NCBI GenBank assembly: GCA_963695875.1
Contig: CAVOID010000011.1
Location: 192,001-256,000, forward strand
Reading direction: 5' to 3'
DNA: 64,000 nt
From: an uncultured delta proteobacterium
GTDB lineage: Bacteria > Desulfobacterota > Syntrophia > Syntrophales > UBA2185
Every line of letters starts with the position of its first letter. Within the stretch, counting starts at the first letter, position 1. The notes beneath the pieces are model-generated. The model made no database searches. It had not been told where the DNA came from and saw nothing but the letters and a program-made list of their open reading frames with translations. Below are positions 1-10,775 of this stretch, piece after piece. A program made the position numbers and the translations under genes.

Positions 1-9
1 CTGAGTTGA

Positions 10-1485
10 TCAGTCAATTCTTTTAAAATCTATGAATCCCTGCTCCACATCGGTGTCTATCAGCTGCACCCGAATCCTGTGGCCCACGTCCATGCCTTCG
101 AAGCCATGTACCAGTTTTCCTTCAACGGGAGGCTGGAGAATACGGACCCACGTGCCTTTAGGGGCGGCGCCGGTAACGACTGCATCGAAACTCTCACCGA
201 TCTTTGACTGCAAGAGCATTGCTGCTACGGATTTCCCGACTTGCCTCTCCACTTTGTTGGCAACATTTTCTTCTTCCGTGCAATGTGTGGCCAGGACTTC
301 CAACTCATTATTGCTGTACGGCAGGGCTCTTCCTTCTATGGCGGATTTCAATATTCGCTGCGTAATAAGGTCTGTATATCGGCGATTAGGCGCCGTGGTA
401 TGGGCATAGTCCCTGACAGCGAGACCGAAGTGTCCTGGTATGGCAGTGTCTCCCGGAAGTTCTGCAATGTATTCACCGGGGCCCAAAAGCTTGATGATAG
501 AAAGAGACAGGTCGGGGAACCTCAACGGATCGGCCTCTTTCTGCCTCATCAGGAATTCCTCCAGTTCTTTTGAGTCCGGTTCATAAGGGAGCTTGAACCC
601 GTGTTCAGAGGCAATCTCGACGATCCGGTCCCATCGCTTCGGAGTGCGGACGACACGGCGCAGGGAGGGCAATTTTCTTGACGAGAGATACCGGGCAGCC
701 ACACCGTTGGCCGCTACCATGAAGTTCTCAATAATGTCCTTTGCACGGTTCTTTTTTTCCACTACAAGATCACGGATTTCATCGCCTTCAAATACCGGCC
801 TCGCCTCAACACTTTCGAAACTTAGTGCGCCGTGGGCATGCCTGAAATTATTCATACGCTGCGCCGCCATGTCCTGTGTGCGCAGATTCTGATCAACGCC
901 CTCCACAGCAGCGACAGCTTCAGGCACACTTCCAGTTCCTTCCAGCCATGCCCCGACACTGTTATATGCAAGCTTCGCGCGATTGCGCACAAGCGCCCCG
1001 TAAATATCCGAGGTACGCAGGGAACCATCGATGCCAATTACCATTTCAACGACAATCGCATGTCGATCTTCATTGAAGTTCAGGGATGTGAGGTTGGTGG
1101 AAAGCTTTTCAGGAAGCATCGGGAATATAATAGCGGCCGTATACACGGAGGTGGTATTGTGGCGGGCATGTTCATCGATCGCGGTACCGCTCTTAACTAT
1201 CAGATCAACGTCAGCCACTGCAACAAGTATCTTTACTTCGTCTCCCGTCATTGCCCCGGCAACAGTCAGCTGATCCAGGTCACGCGTATCGTCATTGTCA
1301 ATGGAAGCCCACAGCAGATCCCGGAGGTCGCGAACGTGTTCACCGTCGATTGTCGATGGAGTCTGAATCCTGCCAAGTTCTGTAAGGGCTTCAGCGGAAA
1401 AGTCAGGGAGCATCCCTCTCTCAAGCATTGCCCTGCGGGCGATTTTCTGTAAAATAGCACGTTGCTGTTTACCATTCGTAGTCAT
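10..1485 (-). CDS. RNB-domain exoribonuclease (RNase II/R family)
   Basis: SIDNDDTRDLDQL catalytic motif, HFGLA and YAHTTAPNRRYTDL motifs, C-terminal S1-like segment. Confidence 0.92.
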   Translation of the reverse strand: MTTNGKQQRAILQKIARRAMLERGMLPDFSAEALTELGRIQTPSTIDGEHVRDLRDLLWASIDNDDTRDLDQLTVAGAMTGDEVKILVAVADVDLIVKSGTAIDEHARHNTTSVYTAAIIFPMLPEKLSTNLTSLNFNEDRHAIVVEMVIGIDGSLRTSDIYGALVRNRAKLAYNSVGAWLEGTGSVPEAVAAVEGVDQNLRTQDMAAQRMNNFRHAHGALSFESVEARPVFEGDEIRDLVVEKKNRAKDIIENFMVAANGVAARYLSSRKLPSLRRVVRTPKRWDRIVEIASEHGFKLPYEPDSKELEEFLMRQKEADPLRFPDLSLSIIKLLGPGEYIAELPGDTAIPGHFGLAVRDYAHTTAPNRRYTDLITQRILKSAIEGRALPYSNNELEVLATHCTEEENVANKVERQVGKSVAAMLLQSKIGESFDAVVTGAAPKGTWVRILQPPVEGKLVHGFEGMDVGHRIRVQLIDTDVEQGFIDFKRID

Positions 1486-1587
1486 AGCATGTATATCTCA
1501 CCTTTGTTTTGAAAATGACCGCTTCTCAGTACAATGTTTGTACAACATAACAAGATTAATATGACTCTACCATGATACAACTCTCAC

Positions 1588-1724
1588 CCACTTTTGTAAA
1601 GGGGGCCGGGGGATTTTCCTCCACCCTGAAATTGACACGCCTCACATTATTCATCACATTCTGAAAACAACGCAGCCACCGCCTTTTTGTCATTGCGAGC
1701 AAACTCAGTGTACGCGGCAATCTC
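1588..1724. repeat. Short palindromic repeat remnants (CCC..TT..AAAGGGGG..GGGGGATTT and GTCATTGCGAG..GCAATCT types)
   Basis: Same motifs recur at 38028-38113 and 60240-60345. Confidence 0.5.
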
Positions 1725-2012
1725 TATGACACATTCCCGCCTCCACATTGTCATTCACACGAATGCCCCCGGCGGTAGGAAACTTAATTACTGTACAAAG
1801 AATTCAAGCATTTTGGCTTCCGGTGTGATAGATAAGTGCACTGTCTACTGGACTCCCGCATACGAAGTTGTCAATGATACAGATGATTTTTTCAAAGACT
1901 CAGTCGCAGGGTTACATTTGGAGCTTCTTTTCAGAAGATCCGATTCAATTAACCGATTTTTTAAGATATGCATAAACAGCTAAATAATTTTATAATATGA
2001 TGGGAGAAGAAG

Positions 2013-3227
2013 ATGAGCCGTGCTCTGGAAGGTATCAGGGTCGTTGATCTCAGCCATGTTCTGGCGGCGCCGACGACAACCATGTTCCTGGCGGATCTCG
2101 GGGCCGAGGTCATCCACGTTGAGCCGCCGCAGGGAGATGATGCGAGGGAATTCGGGCCTTTTGCAGGCAAGCCCGGCAAAAATCGCAGTGGTTATTTCAT
2201 CAGCCTCAATCGCAATAAGAAGAGCATGGTTCTTGACTTGAGAAAAGAGGAGGGGAAAAATATCCTGCGGGAGTTGATCGGCGTATCAGATGTTCTTGTG
2301 GAAAACTACAGACCTACTACAATGAGAAAACTGGGTTTCAGTTGGGAAGAGATCAAAAAAATCAACCCGAGGATCATTTACGCCTCCATCTCCGGTTTCG
2401 GGCAACATTCCCTTCCCGGATATGATACAAGGCCGTCCTATGACATGGTAGCCCAGGGTTACAGCGGCCTCATGAGTATCACGGGGCCTGAAGGGGGGCC
2501 GCCCTGCCGGGTCGGGTCCTCTGTCGGTGACATATTTGCCGGTCACCAGGCGGCTATCGGAATCCTCGCGGCCCTTATCTATAGAGAAAGGACAGGGCGG
2601 GGACGGCACTACGACGGTGCGATGGTTGACGGGCTCTTCGCTGTGCTGGAAAACGCCGTCGTCCGGCACACCATCAGCGGGGAAATACCTTCCCCCCTGG
2701 GAAGCCGGCACCCCTCTATAACCCCTTTCCAGGGTTTTCAGACAAAAGACTCCTGGATCATCGCCGCCATCGGAAACGATGTACTCTGGGGCAGATTCTG
2801 TAAAGTGATTGAGCGGGAAGACCTGACGACAGATCCGAGGTTTAAGACCAACCCCCTCCGGACCGCAAATATAAAGGATATGATCCCCATCATTTCAGAA
2901 CAGATGCGGACGAAGACAACGGCAGAGTGGTCGGAACTTTTTGAGAAAGCCGATCTGCCATTTTCACCGATCAACACCATGAAGGATATCTGTGAAGACC
3001 CGCACATCAGGCACCGGAATATGCTGGTAGAGATCGATCAGCCTGAGGCCGGTAAAATGGAAATTGCCGGCTCCCCTATCCATCTTTCAGAGACGCCGGG
3101 AGCAGTATACGCACCCGCCCCTCTGCTGGGGCAGCACACAGATGAAATCCTGAAAAGCATCCTCAATTATTCCGAGGAGGACATCAAGGAACTAAAGAAA
3201 CAGGGCATCATAAACGAAGAAACATAG
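2013..3227 (+). CDS. Family III CoA-transferase (CaiB/BaiF)
   Basis: LEGIRVVDLS, LADLGAEVIHVE, NRNKKS, SYDMVAQG and PLLGQHT motifs. Confidence 0.95.
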   Translation: MSRALEGIRVVDLSHVLAAPTTTMFLADLGAEVIHVEPPQGDDAREFGPFAGKPGKNRSGYFISLNRNKKSMVLDLRKEEGKNILRELIGVSDVLVENYRPTTMRKLGFSWEEIKKINPRIIYASISGFGQHSLPGYDTRPSYDMVAQGYSGLMSITGPEGGPPCRVGSSVGDIFAGHQAAIGILAALIYRERTGRGRHYDGAMVDGLFAVLENAVVRHTISGEIPSPLGSRHPSITPFQGFQTKDSWIIAAIGNDVLWGRFCKVIEREDLTTDPRFKTNPLRTANIKDMIPIISEQMRTKTTAEWSELFEKADLPFSPINTMKDICEDPHIRHRNMLVEIDQPEAGKMEIAGSPIHLSETPGAVYAPAPLLGQHTDEILKSILNYSEEDIKELKKQGIINEET

Positions 3228-3375
3228 AAAAGTAAGCGGGCGAAAAAAGATATTTTCAATATTTTAAGATGTCACACATTCTCTTAAAGAATCCCCGATG
3301 AAGTAACAATTTCGAAGTCTGACTTTCCACTTCTTCTTTGCAAGTCATTTGTCAATCCCTTATGTCTATCATGTC

Positions 3376-3864
3376 TCAACTCTTATCCTCTGAATCAACC
3401 CCACGGACTTCCATAAATCTGTTATTGTCTTGTGAGATGTATTTTTTACCTGTTTCCTTTTCGATGATGAATTTCTTGTCCTTGGAAAGCACATATTTAC
3501 CCGTTTGTATCATGTCATAATATTCATATGGGATGCCTTTTTGATCAGCATCATAAGATTTCTGCCAATCATTCAGAGCCATTTCAAGGTCTGAGACAAG
3601 AAGTTCCTCCTCATATGGTTCACTTGATAATCTACCGCTATACTCGGAATTCTTGACAATTTCGTCAATTATATATGACATCGGAATTGAATAATTCATT
3701 TCCTTAATTCCCTTTTCCAAATCCTCAAGAAGCTCTAGAAGCGATTTCAGATTATTGTTTAGGTACAAAGAAATGCTTGTCTCAGCCCTATTCTCCTTAA
3801 ATATTGATACTAACCGATTATAAACATCTTCATCCACGGTGAACGATTTTATTTTCTTAGCCAT
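3376..3864 (-). CDS. Hypothetical protein with N-terminal ribbon-helix-helix-like segment
   Basis: MAKKIKSFTVDEDVYNRL strand-helix pattern; GGAGG RBS; AT-rich. Confidence 0.55.
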   Translation of the reverse strand: MAKKIKSFTVDEDVYNRLVSIFKENRAETSISLYLNNNLKSLLELLEDLEKGIKEMNYSIPMSYIIDEIVKNSEYSGRLSSEPYEEELLVSDLEMALNDWQKSYDADQKGIPYEYYDMIQTGKYVLSKDKKFIIEKETGKKYISQDNNRFMEVRGVDSEDKS

Positions 3865-4026
3865 ACAATTAGCCTCCTATGTATGATGATATATAGCATA
3901 TTATATACTTAGCGCCCTAGTCAACGATTTTTTTTATCCTCCAAAGAACAAAACCATCAGCATGCTCTTGTGAAACACTAAATAATAATAACTATTGAAA
4001 TAATATCTCTACGCGCCTTCTCTCTC

Positions 4027-4356
4027 TTGCTCACACCACAAGCAATTCCTGAACTAGTCATGGATTGCGTTCACAAGTGGCGGGATTTTTTCGCCACATT
4101 AAAAAGGCAATTCACGAACGCTGATTTTAAACTTGGACTATTCAAGGAGCCACCATATTTGGGGGCTTCATTTATTGACTGGGAACGTCCTGGTGGCAAG
4201 ATACACGTCAGTCCTTATGTGTGGAATGTGGCGGCACCAAATTGTCCTGGATATGATATCTATTGGGTCGGCAAGAAGCCCTGGGCTATTTATGAGACAT
4301 ATGTTGAGGGTCTTCAATATCTTTACCAAAGCACTGAAAACGAACTCACAAAATGA
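4027..4356 (+). pseudogene. Hypothetical protein, probably a 5'-truncated fragment
   Basis: Protein-like composition, TTG start without a clear RBS. Confidence 0.35.
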
Positions 4357-4432
4357 GCATTTCCTTCCATTGCCCATTTTCGCCTTTACGGGGGACTCGT
4401 AGGTGAACGAAACAAACGACCGCTGTTGCTAA

Positions 4433-4481
4433 CTTCCTGAAGTTTTGTTTTCCTAAGTCAACCCAGCCGTACAACATTTCA
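4433..4481 (+). repeat. Conserved 49-bp site, copy 1
   Basis: cttcc-tgaagttttg-N24-caacatttca. Confidence 0.85.
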
Positions 4482-4705
4482 TTTGAAAATAAACAAAAGT
4501 CGCACCATCAGTTTATACCCAAATTATTCACATAGGAATTTCACTGGTATACTGTCAGAAACCTCAGTCTATCCTTTGACCTTTATTGACTAAGGTATTT
4601 AGACTGCTGAAATCAGACTATGCCTGATGGATGGAACTAAGCAATAGATTCTATATATATTTATATTGCTCTTTCTGAATTTGAACAGAGTGGGGAGATG
4701 AATAT

Positions 4706-4999
4706 ATGATAAGAGTAATAATTGAAAGATACTGCAAGCCGGGTAAAGAAGCGCAACTCAGGGACTTGTTGAAAGAACTGAGAATGGCAGCAATGAGTCA
4801 ATACGGATACATCTCCGGCGAGACGCTTTGTGAATTAGATGATCCTTTACTCTTCATAGTCATTAGCACGTGGGCTACTCTTGAGGCTTGGAGAGAATGG
4901 CAGGTATCCAAGCGGCGCTTGCTAATAGAGCAAAGGATGGACTCTCTGATTACTACCGAGGAGAGGTTACGCATTTTGGCTTTTGATTATGAGATTTGA
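4706..4999 (+). CDS. Antibiotic biosynthesis monooxygenase (ABM) family protein
   Basis: KPGKE..L, QYGYISGETL, VISTWATLEAW pattern. Confidence 0.88.
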   Translation: MIRVIIERYCKPGKEAQLRDLLKELRMAAMSQYGYISGETLCELDDPLLFIVISTWATLEAWREWQVSKRRLLIEQRMDSLITTEERLRILAFDYEI

Positions 5000-5202
5000 T
5001 CTGGCACTTATAAGTGATGTTCTCAGCGCCATGTGCGGCAACGTAACGTAAGTATAATAAAAAAAGAGGATTACTATGCCAGTGTACAGAAAGGTGCGTA
5101 ACCGATCTATATTCATCTTATAAAATCTTACGGTATGGCGAAAGACATTTCATGTAGAGAAAAGAACAGTATGTCAACTTTTCAGAAAGGAGGCAACAAT
5201 TT

Positions 5203-5709
5203 ATGATTTCGGTAGATCTTTTAAAACAATACAAATTTTTCAAAGAGTTCAGTGAGGAACAGATCAAGAAACTGGCGGATATAGCTTCTGAAGAATCTTA
5301 TAGGGCTGGTTCTCAGTTATGGAAAAAGGGAGATCCGGCAAAAACCCTCTACCTGTTGGAAGGGGGAAAAGTTGTTCTGGTCATGGATGCTTACATGGGT
5401 ACTGCTAAACCCCCCATGCAGATCACTGTAGATATCGTCACAAAGGGAGACGCCATGGGATGGTCAACTGTCATTGAACCTTACGTGTACACTTTAGGAG
5501 CCCGATGTATTGATGATTCGAAAGTCATCGCCTTCGATGGAGCTAAACTCAGGGAGCTGCTAAGTAAAGACAGTACGTTAGGATATAATTTCATGCAAGC
5601 CACGGCAAAAGTAATAGCCACCCGTCTGACCCATACCGAAATTATTCTGGTTGGTGAGCGAGGACTCTCTATTTTGGATCGAATATTGAGTAAGAAGGAT
5701 AGATCATAA
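5203..5709 (+). CDS. Stand-alone cyclic-nucleotide-binding (CAP_ED) domain protein, no HTH
   Basis: FFKEFSEEQI..LA, KKGDPAKTLYLLEGGKV, GDAMGWS; AAGGAGG RBS. Confidence 0.88.
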   Translation: MISVDLLKQYKFFKEFSEEQIKKLADIASEESYRAGSQLWKKGDPAKTLYLLEGGKVVLVMDAYMGTAKPPMQITVDIVTKGDAMGWSTVIEPYVYTLGARCIDDSKVIAFDGAKLRELLSKDSTLGYNFMQATAKVIATRLTHTEIILVGERGLSILDRILSKKDRS

Positions 5710-5749
5710 AGGAGGTAGCCGCCATGTTTAAAGCTGCTACAAAAACGCA

Positions 5750-5935
5750 TCAACCGCAAATCTCGATGTCAACAAAAAACGATTATCCCCTAATAAAAAT
5801 AAAGGATGTAAATAAGAAGGTAAGGTTCAACCATATATTTTCATAAGAAAGAAATATTTTTAGGATTATTACCATTTTCTTAAAAATAATCCACATTTTA
5901 GGAAAAATATGAATTAACAAGTACACTCACTTATA
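5750..5935. repeat. Non-coding repeat B, copy 1 (direct repeat of 31815-32002)
   Basis: Shared blocks aaaaataaaggatgt.aataagaaggt, ttcaaccatatattttcataa, gattattaccatt. Confidence 0.85.
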
Positions 5936-6053
5936 CATACCCAAAAGGGATGGCGTGGAGGAAAGGCGTCTGAGACAGGCTTCCATATTGATGCCGGATC
6001 GTAAAACACCCTGCCAGATGTTCTGCGCTGTCTGCAGCGGGGAAGCCGTTTGC

Positions 6054-6605
6054 CTAGACCACTTCGCGATAGACGTCTGGATGGGGCCGAGAAATAACGA
6101 CAGAGTTTACCAGCAGGCCGCGTTCGGCGATCACGAGCTTGGCGGCCTGCGCGGCCGATTGAACTGCGGCGACATCACCGGTCATCGTGAAGTACGCCTT
6201 ACCACCAAGTGCCATTGCCAGGCGGATTTCCAACAGCGTCACATTTGCAGCCTTAGCTGCGGCGTCAGCCCCTTCCAGCAATGAGGCAACGCTGAATGAT
6301 TCTACAATTCCCAGTGCACCAACCAGTTCCGGCACTTGCGAACGGCCAAGAGCGGCGAAGACGTCGGCGTGAACGTTCGAAATGATGAATTTATCGATAA
6401 TACACCCGTTTGCCTCGATTACACCAGCCTCTACTGCGCGCTGCACGGCACCGACCGCGCCACCGATCAACACCATGTATTTGCCGGAGCAAATGCTGCG
6501 CGACAGGATGAGCTGGACGTTGGCCGCTTTCAGCATCACGTCGGCTACAGTAAAGCCGGCGGCGATGCTGGAGAGTTCAATTAAACCAATGGATTTCCCG
6601 TTCAT
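6054..6605 (-). CDS. pduT: BMC-T shell protein, PduT-like (Fe-S pore Cys)
   Basis: Tandem BMC domains; SICSGKYMVLIGG with conserved Cys; adjacent to pduS. Confidence 0.88.
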   Translation of the reverse strand: MNGKSIGLIELSSIAAGFTVADVMLKAANVQLILSRSICSGKYMVLIGGAVGAVQRAVEAGVIEANGCIIDKFIISNVHADVFAALGRSQVPELVGALGIVESFSVASLLEGADAAAKAANVTLLEIRLAMALGGKAYFTMTGDVAAVQSAAQAAKLVIAERGLLVNSVVISRPHPDVYREVV

Positions 6606-7921
6606 GCTTGCCTCGTCAAAATAATGAAGTTATCGTTTACCTCGGCGACGATCCCGGCAATCGGCGCATGGATGATCGCGCCCAGGTCCTTGTCGGAAAT
6701 CTGGCCCAACGGCTGCCCGATCGTGATCTCGTCGCCCTTTTTCACAATTGGCTTGTTCGGCACGCCTGCCGCTTGTTTCAGCGGCAGAATGAGTTGACGC
6801 GGTGTGACGGCGATGTCCTGCCACGGCGCGGGCACATCGTATTTCTCAAGGGCAAATTTTTTCATCAACATCTTGATCGGCACGCGCCGACCGTCGTGCA
6901 GCGGATGCGCTCTGGTCGGTGCTGGGCCGGTCCATCTGATGTTCGCGGCTCGCATTTCAGTTTTCGACGCATCACAAGCTTCCTTCGGGAAAAGTGATTC
7001 GGGGCAGGCATAGAGCGTACAAAGGCCGCACGCGCAGCAGTTTACTGCCATCTGATTCCAGTAACTCTTGTCGGTAGCGGTGAATGCCAGGCTGCGCATG
7101 ACCTGGTGCGGTTCGACTGCGTAGCCGAGCAGGTAACGCGGACATAACTCAGTGCAGTAACGGCATTGGTCGCAGGCTGACTTGCCGATACGCGATTTGA
7201 GCGGGTCGGGCTTGAGCTTGCGCTCAATGACAAAATGGCTGCGCGGCAGGATCACCGCACCGCTCGAGGTCTTGACGATGGGTGTGTCCAGGTCGTCGGT
7301 GGTCTGACCCATCATCAATCCGCCGACGCACAACACGGGGTCGCCGGTAGTCAGGCCGCCGGCGGATTCAATCGCCTCGCGGAACGTTGTGCCGATCGGC
7401 ACAGTGATCGTCACTGGATTTTTCACTGCCCCCGCCAGGGTGATAGTCTTCCGGGTAACCGGCATACCTTGGGCTGCGGCTGCGATGTTCGCCAGCGTCT
7501 CGACGTTGTTGACGACGATGCCGACCTGCAGAGGGATGCCCTGCGGCGGAATCAGCCGGCCAGTCACTGCGTTGACCAGCTCGTATTCGTCACCGGCGGG
7601 GTAGTAATCACCTAGCAGATGGATGCGGATGTGTGTGCCTTGACATGCGTCTCGGATGGTTTCGATGGCGCTCTTCTTCTTGGCCTTGATTCCAATGATG
7701 CCCTCGCTGGCGCCGACGGCGTCCATGACCAACTGCAAGCCTGCCACCACCTCCTCCGTTCTACGCTCTATGACGGCTGCATCCTTGTACAATAAGGGTT
7801 CACACTCGGCGCCGTTCGCAATAACGGTGTCGGCTTTGCCCGCCACCTTGACGTGTGCGGGGAATCCGCCACCGCCTGCGCCGACCACGCCGGCTTGCTT
7901 TACTTGTTCAACCAAACTCAT
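6602..7921 (-). CDS. pduS: Cobalamin reductase PduS (RnfC-like, SLBB, two 4Fe-4S)
   Basis: GVVGAGGGGFP, ANGAECEPLL, CDQCRYCTELCP and CCACGLCTLYACP. Confidence 0.92.
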   Translation of the reverse strand: MSLVEQVKQAGVVGAGGGGFPAHVKVAGKADTVIANGAECEPLLYKDAAVIERRTEEVVAGLQLVMDAVGASEGIIGIKAKKKSAIETIRDACQGTHIRIHLLGDYYPAGDEYELVNAVTGRLIPPQGIPLQVGIVVNNVETLANIAAAAQGMPVTRKTITLAGAVKNPVTITVPIGTTFREAIESAGGLTTGDPVLCVGGLMMGQTTDDLDTPIVKTSSGAVILPRSHFVIERKLKPDPLKSRIGKSACDQCRYCTELCPRYLLGYAVEPHQVMRSLAFTATDKSYWNQMAVNCCACGLCTLYACPESLFPKEACDASKTEMRAANIRWTGPAPTRAHPLHDGRRVPIKMLMKKFALEKYDVPAPWQDIAVTPRQLILPLKQAAGVPNKPIVKKGDEITIGQPLGQISDKDLGAIIHAPIAGIVAEVNDNFIILTRQA

Positions 7922-8080
7922 AGTACCGAATGCTTCCGTGAAACCCGCCGTATTTCAATGATGACCGGATCGTGGCAGTGAGATTTTGCGACCATAAAAC
8001 CGTTCTCAGCCGCCCATGCCCGACGCATCCTGCACGACAGAAAGGCGGAGATTTGCCGCCGAAAACGACGCCGTCGCGAC

Positions 8081-8485
8081 TTATTTTTCCAAGATCGCAG
8101 TGGCGGCTGTGGCGCAGATCATATCCTGTTCGACTGTGCCTCCACTGACCCCAATTCCTCCGATAATCGCATCGTTGTGCTTCAGTGGAAAACCTCCACC
8201 GAAAACAACAACCCGACCCCTGTCAGCATTGCTAATCCCAAAAAGGGGTCCACCTGGCTGGGCTAAAGGTGCTAATTCGTGCGTTGGCAGTTTCACAGCC
8301 ACTGCCGTGTAAGCCTTGTTAAGCGAGATATCGATGCTCACCAGGAGGGCGTCATCCATGCGGTGCTGAGCCACTAAATTGCCACCCGCATCTACTACAG
8401 CGATCACCATGGGAACACCAATCTCCTTAGCCTTTTCCTGGGCTGCCGCAATGAGTTCTAAAGCGAAATCGAGGGTTAGTCGCAT
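8081..8485 (-). CDS. GlcG/HbpS heme-binding protein (PduO C-terminal domain-like)
   Basis: IAVVDAGGNL, NKAYTA, FGGGFPL, GGIGVSGG..EQD; start taken at MRLTL after GAGGAG. Confidence 0.9.
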   Translation of the reverse strand: MRLTLDFALELIAAAQEKAKEIGVPMVIAVVDAGGNLVAQHRMDDALLVSIDISLNKAYTAVAVKLPTHELAPLAQPGGPLFGISNADRGRVVVFGGGFPLKHNDAIIGGIGVSGGTVEQDMICATAATAILEK

Positions 8486-8664
8486 AATCTCCTCCTCAAG
8501 CAAACTCGCTACTCAGCTTATACTGGCTGTTAATAGCGAATGGAAATCTCAGGTATTATCAGCTACGCATCCACAGCTTTTAACCGGACCACAAGGTATG
8601 ATGACATCTTACTTGATTTTGACGCTCAAGTCTGGTGCTCCTCTGGGGACTTCCAACCTTGCAA

Positions 8665-10062
8665 CTAGATAATGCGAAAAGCGTCGACCAACGTACACCG
8701 CCGGATCCGGGTGAAAGTTCTGGCCGAAGTCAATCCTTCTCCCGTTGGCCCTGCAATTGTAAAAGATGTATGCCCTTCCCCTCCTAGACCGATGCCTGCA
8801 TAGGAAGGTCCATTTTTTACAAAAATGGTTGTTTGCACCGCCCGTGCAAATGCGGTCATATATTCTACATGATTCGAGTGCATAATGGCTGTATGACGAT
8901 TCCCCTGTTCCACCTGTACGGCAAAATCAATCCCCTCACTGACGTCTCTGACGCGTACGATTGGCATAACAGGCATCATTTGTTCCAACCAAACGAGTGG
9001 GTGATCTTTATCGGCTTCAAAAATGGCCAATCGGCATTCTTCTCCCACGTTAATCCCGATTTCCTTTAAGATCACCTGTACGTTCTTGCCAATGTAGGCC
9101 GTGTTGATTTTCCTCTCCGGCGTTACGATAAGCTTGATTACCTGCTCAGCCTGCGCCGGTGTCAACAGATATGCCTTTCCCGTCTCCAACATAAAGCTGA
9201 TCAGTGCATCAGCAACCGCGTTTACCACAATCACTTCTTTTTCACAGGTACAAAAGATGTTGTTGTTGATGCTCGCGCCGTCAATGATGGAAGCGGCAGC
9301 TCTACGGATGTTGGCGGTATCATCCACCAGTGCCGGAGGATTTCCGGCGCCGGCTCCGATGGCCTTCTTGCCTGAACGAAGGACGACATCGACTACGGGC
9401 CGACCGCCTGTAGCCACCAACATGTTGATTTTGGGATGTTCGATGAGTTGTTTGGCTGTAGTAAGATCGGGCTTCGGCACGGATGATATCAAACCCGGAG
9501 GACCTCCCGCGCGAACAATGGCTTCGTGAAGGATTCGAATGGTCTGAATACTGGTTTCGCGTGCAGTTGGGTGAGGGTTAAAAACCACAGCGTTGCCGGC
9601 CGCCACCATGCTGATGGCGTTATTGATTACTGTACCGGTGGGGTTGGTAATAGGAGTCAATGACCCGATAACCCCACGAGGAGCATATTCGACCAGGGTC
9701 AGACCGTTATCTCCGCTGTAAGCGCGAGGTTCGATGTCTTCAGTGCCCGGGGTTTTGGTGGCGCATAGGATATTTTCCCGGAGCTTGTCCTCATAGCGAC
9801 CAAGTCCTGATTCTTTCACCGCTAAAGCAGAAATCGTTTCATTATGATCCAAAGCGGCATGCCGGATGGCAGCGATTATTTTATCCCGATGGTGCAAAGT
9901 CAGCGCTAACAGTCTCTTTTGCGCTGCGACGGCATTTTCCACCGCTTGATCAACAGTCTCAAAAATACCCGTGGGACCTTCGGTCTGGACGATCTTCTCC
10001 TCGATCATTTCCGACAATACTTTTTTGACCGCAGTTAAGATGAGTTCCTGGTTGGTTTCCAC
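8665..10062 (-). CDS. pduP: CoA-acylating aldehyde dehydrogenase PduP/EutE with N-terminal encapsulation peptide
   Basis: TPITNPT, ATGG, GAGAGNPP, CTCEKE, EQMMP, FTIAGPTGEG; N-terminal ELILTAVKKVLSEM. Confidence 0.93.
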   Translation of the reverse strand: METNQELILTAVKKVLSEMIEEKIVQTEGPTGIFETVDQAVENAVAAQKRLLALTLHHRDKIIAAIRHAALDHNETISALAVKESGLGRYEDKLRENILCATKTPGTEDIEPRAYSGDNGLTLVEYAPRGVIGSLTPITNPTGTVINNAISMVAAGNAVVFNPHPTARETSIQTIRILHEAIVRAGGPPGLISSVPKPDLTTAKQLIEHPKINMLVATGGRPVVDVVLRSGKKAIGAGAGNPPALVDDTANIRRAAASIIDGASINNNIFCTCEKEVIVVNAVADALISFMLETGKAYLLTPAQAEQVIKLIVTPERKINTAYIGKNVQVILKEIGINVGEECRLAIFEADKDHPLVWLEQMMPVMPIVRVRDVSEGIDFAVQVEQGNRHTAIMHSNHVEYMTAFARAVQTTIFVKNGPSYAGIGLGGEGHTSFTIAGPTGEGLTSARTFTRIRRCTLVDAFRII

Positions 10063-10190
10063 TGCCGTTCCTCCTTTCACACAACTTTAAAGCCACTGAC
10101 CGATAGGGCCTTTATCCGCAAAGAGCTTTTCTTTCCCCCCTCTAGCCTCATCATTGTCCATTCCCAATGCGAACTGTCGACAGACATCAA

Positions 10191-10772
10191 CTAATTGTCA
10201 TCAGAAGCTATGATAAAAGCCCCAGCAAGAATGGAAATAAATTCATGAGTGATAAAACAACCTTCTTTGAGAAAAGCCTCCTCCAGACATCTTTCAAGGT
10301 AGGACATCCAGTTTGTCCCCTGAGGTTTCCCTCGAAGAAGGGGTTTGATCGATTCCGCAAGACATTCCACTTCACCAAGGGTATCCAGTACTGCACATGC
10401 TACCCGCTCATCTTCTTCGACGCTTCCACCGCTGATTCCAATCCCACCCGCCACTTGTCCTCGCAACTTCAGGGGAAAGCCACCACCAAAGAGGACAATC
10501 TTTCCGGCATTAGTATGTTGAATCCCGTAAAGTGGATTACCTGGGAGCGCCATTTGTCCCACTTCGCGGGTCGACATGCGCAAAGCTGCCGCTGTATAAG
10601 CTTTGGAAATGGCGATGTCCGTGCTTGCCGGCAAGGCGCCCTCCATGCGCGCAAAGTACTGCAGGAGGCCTTCGTGGTCCACGATGGCTATGGCCATGGC
10701 AAGTCCCATATCTGCGGCGGCGTTTTCTGCAAGGGAAGCCAATATGCGCGATAAAGGAAAGGGAAGCTTCAC
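10191..10772 (-). CDS. Second GlcG/HbpS heme-binding protein with C-terminal extension
   Basis: AIAIVDHEG, SKAYTAA, FGGGFPL, GGIGISGG. Confidence 0.85.
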   Translation of the reverse strand: MKLPFPLSRILASLAENAAADMGLAMAIAIVDHEGLLQYFARMEGALPASTDIAISKAYTAAALRMSTREVGQMALPGNPLYGIQHTNAGKIVLFGGGFPLKLRGQVAGGIGISGGSVEEDERVACAVLDTLGEVECLAESIKPLLRGKPQGTNWMSYLERCLEEAFLKEGCFITHEFISILAGAFIIASDDN

Positions 10773-10775
10773 GGG

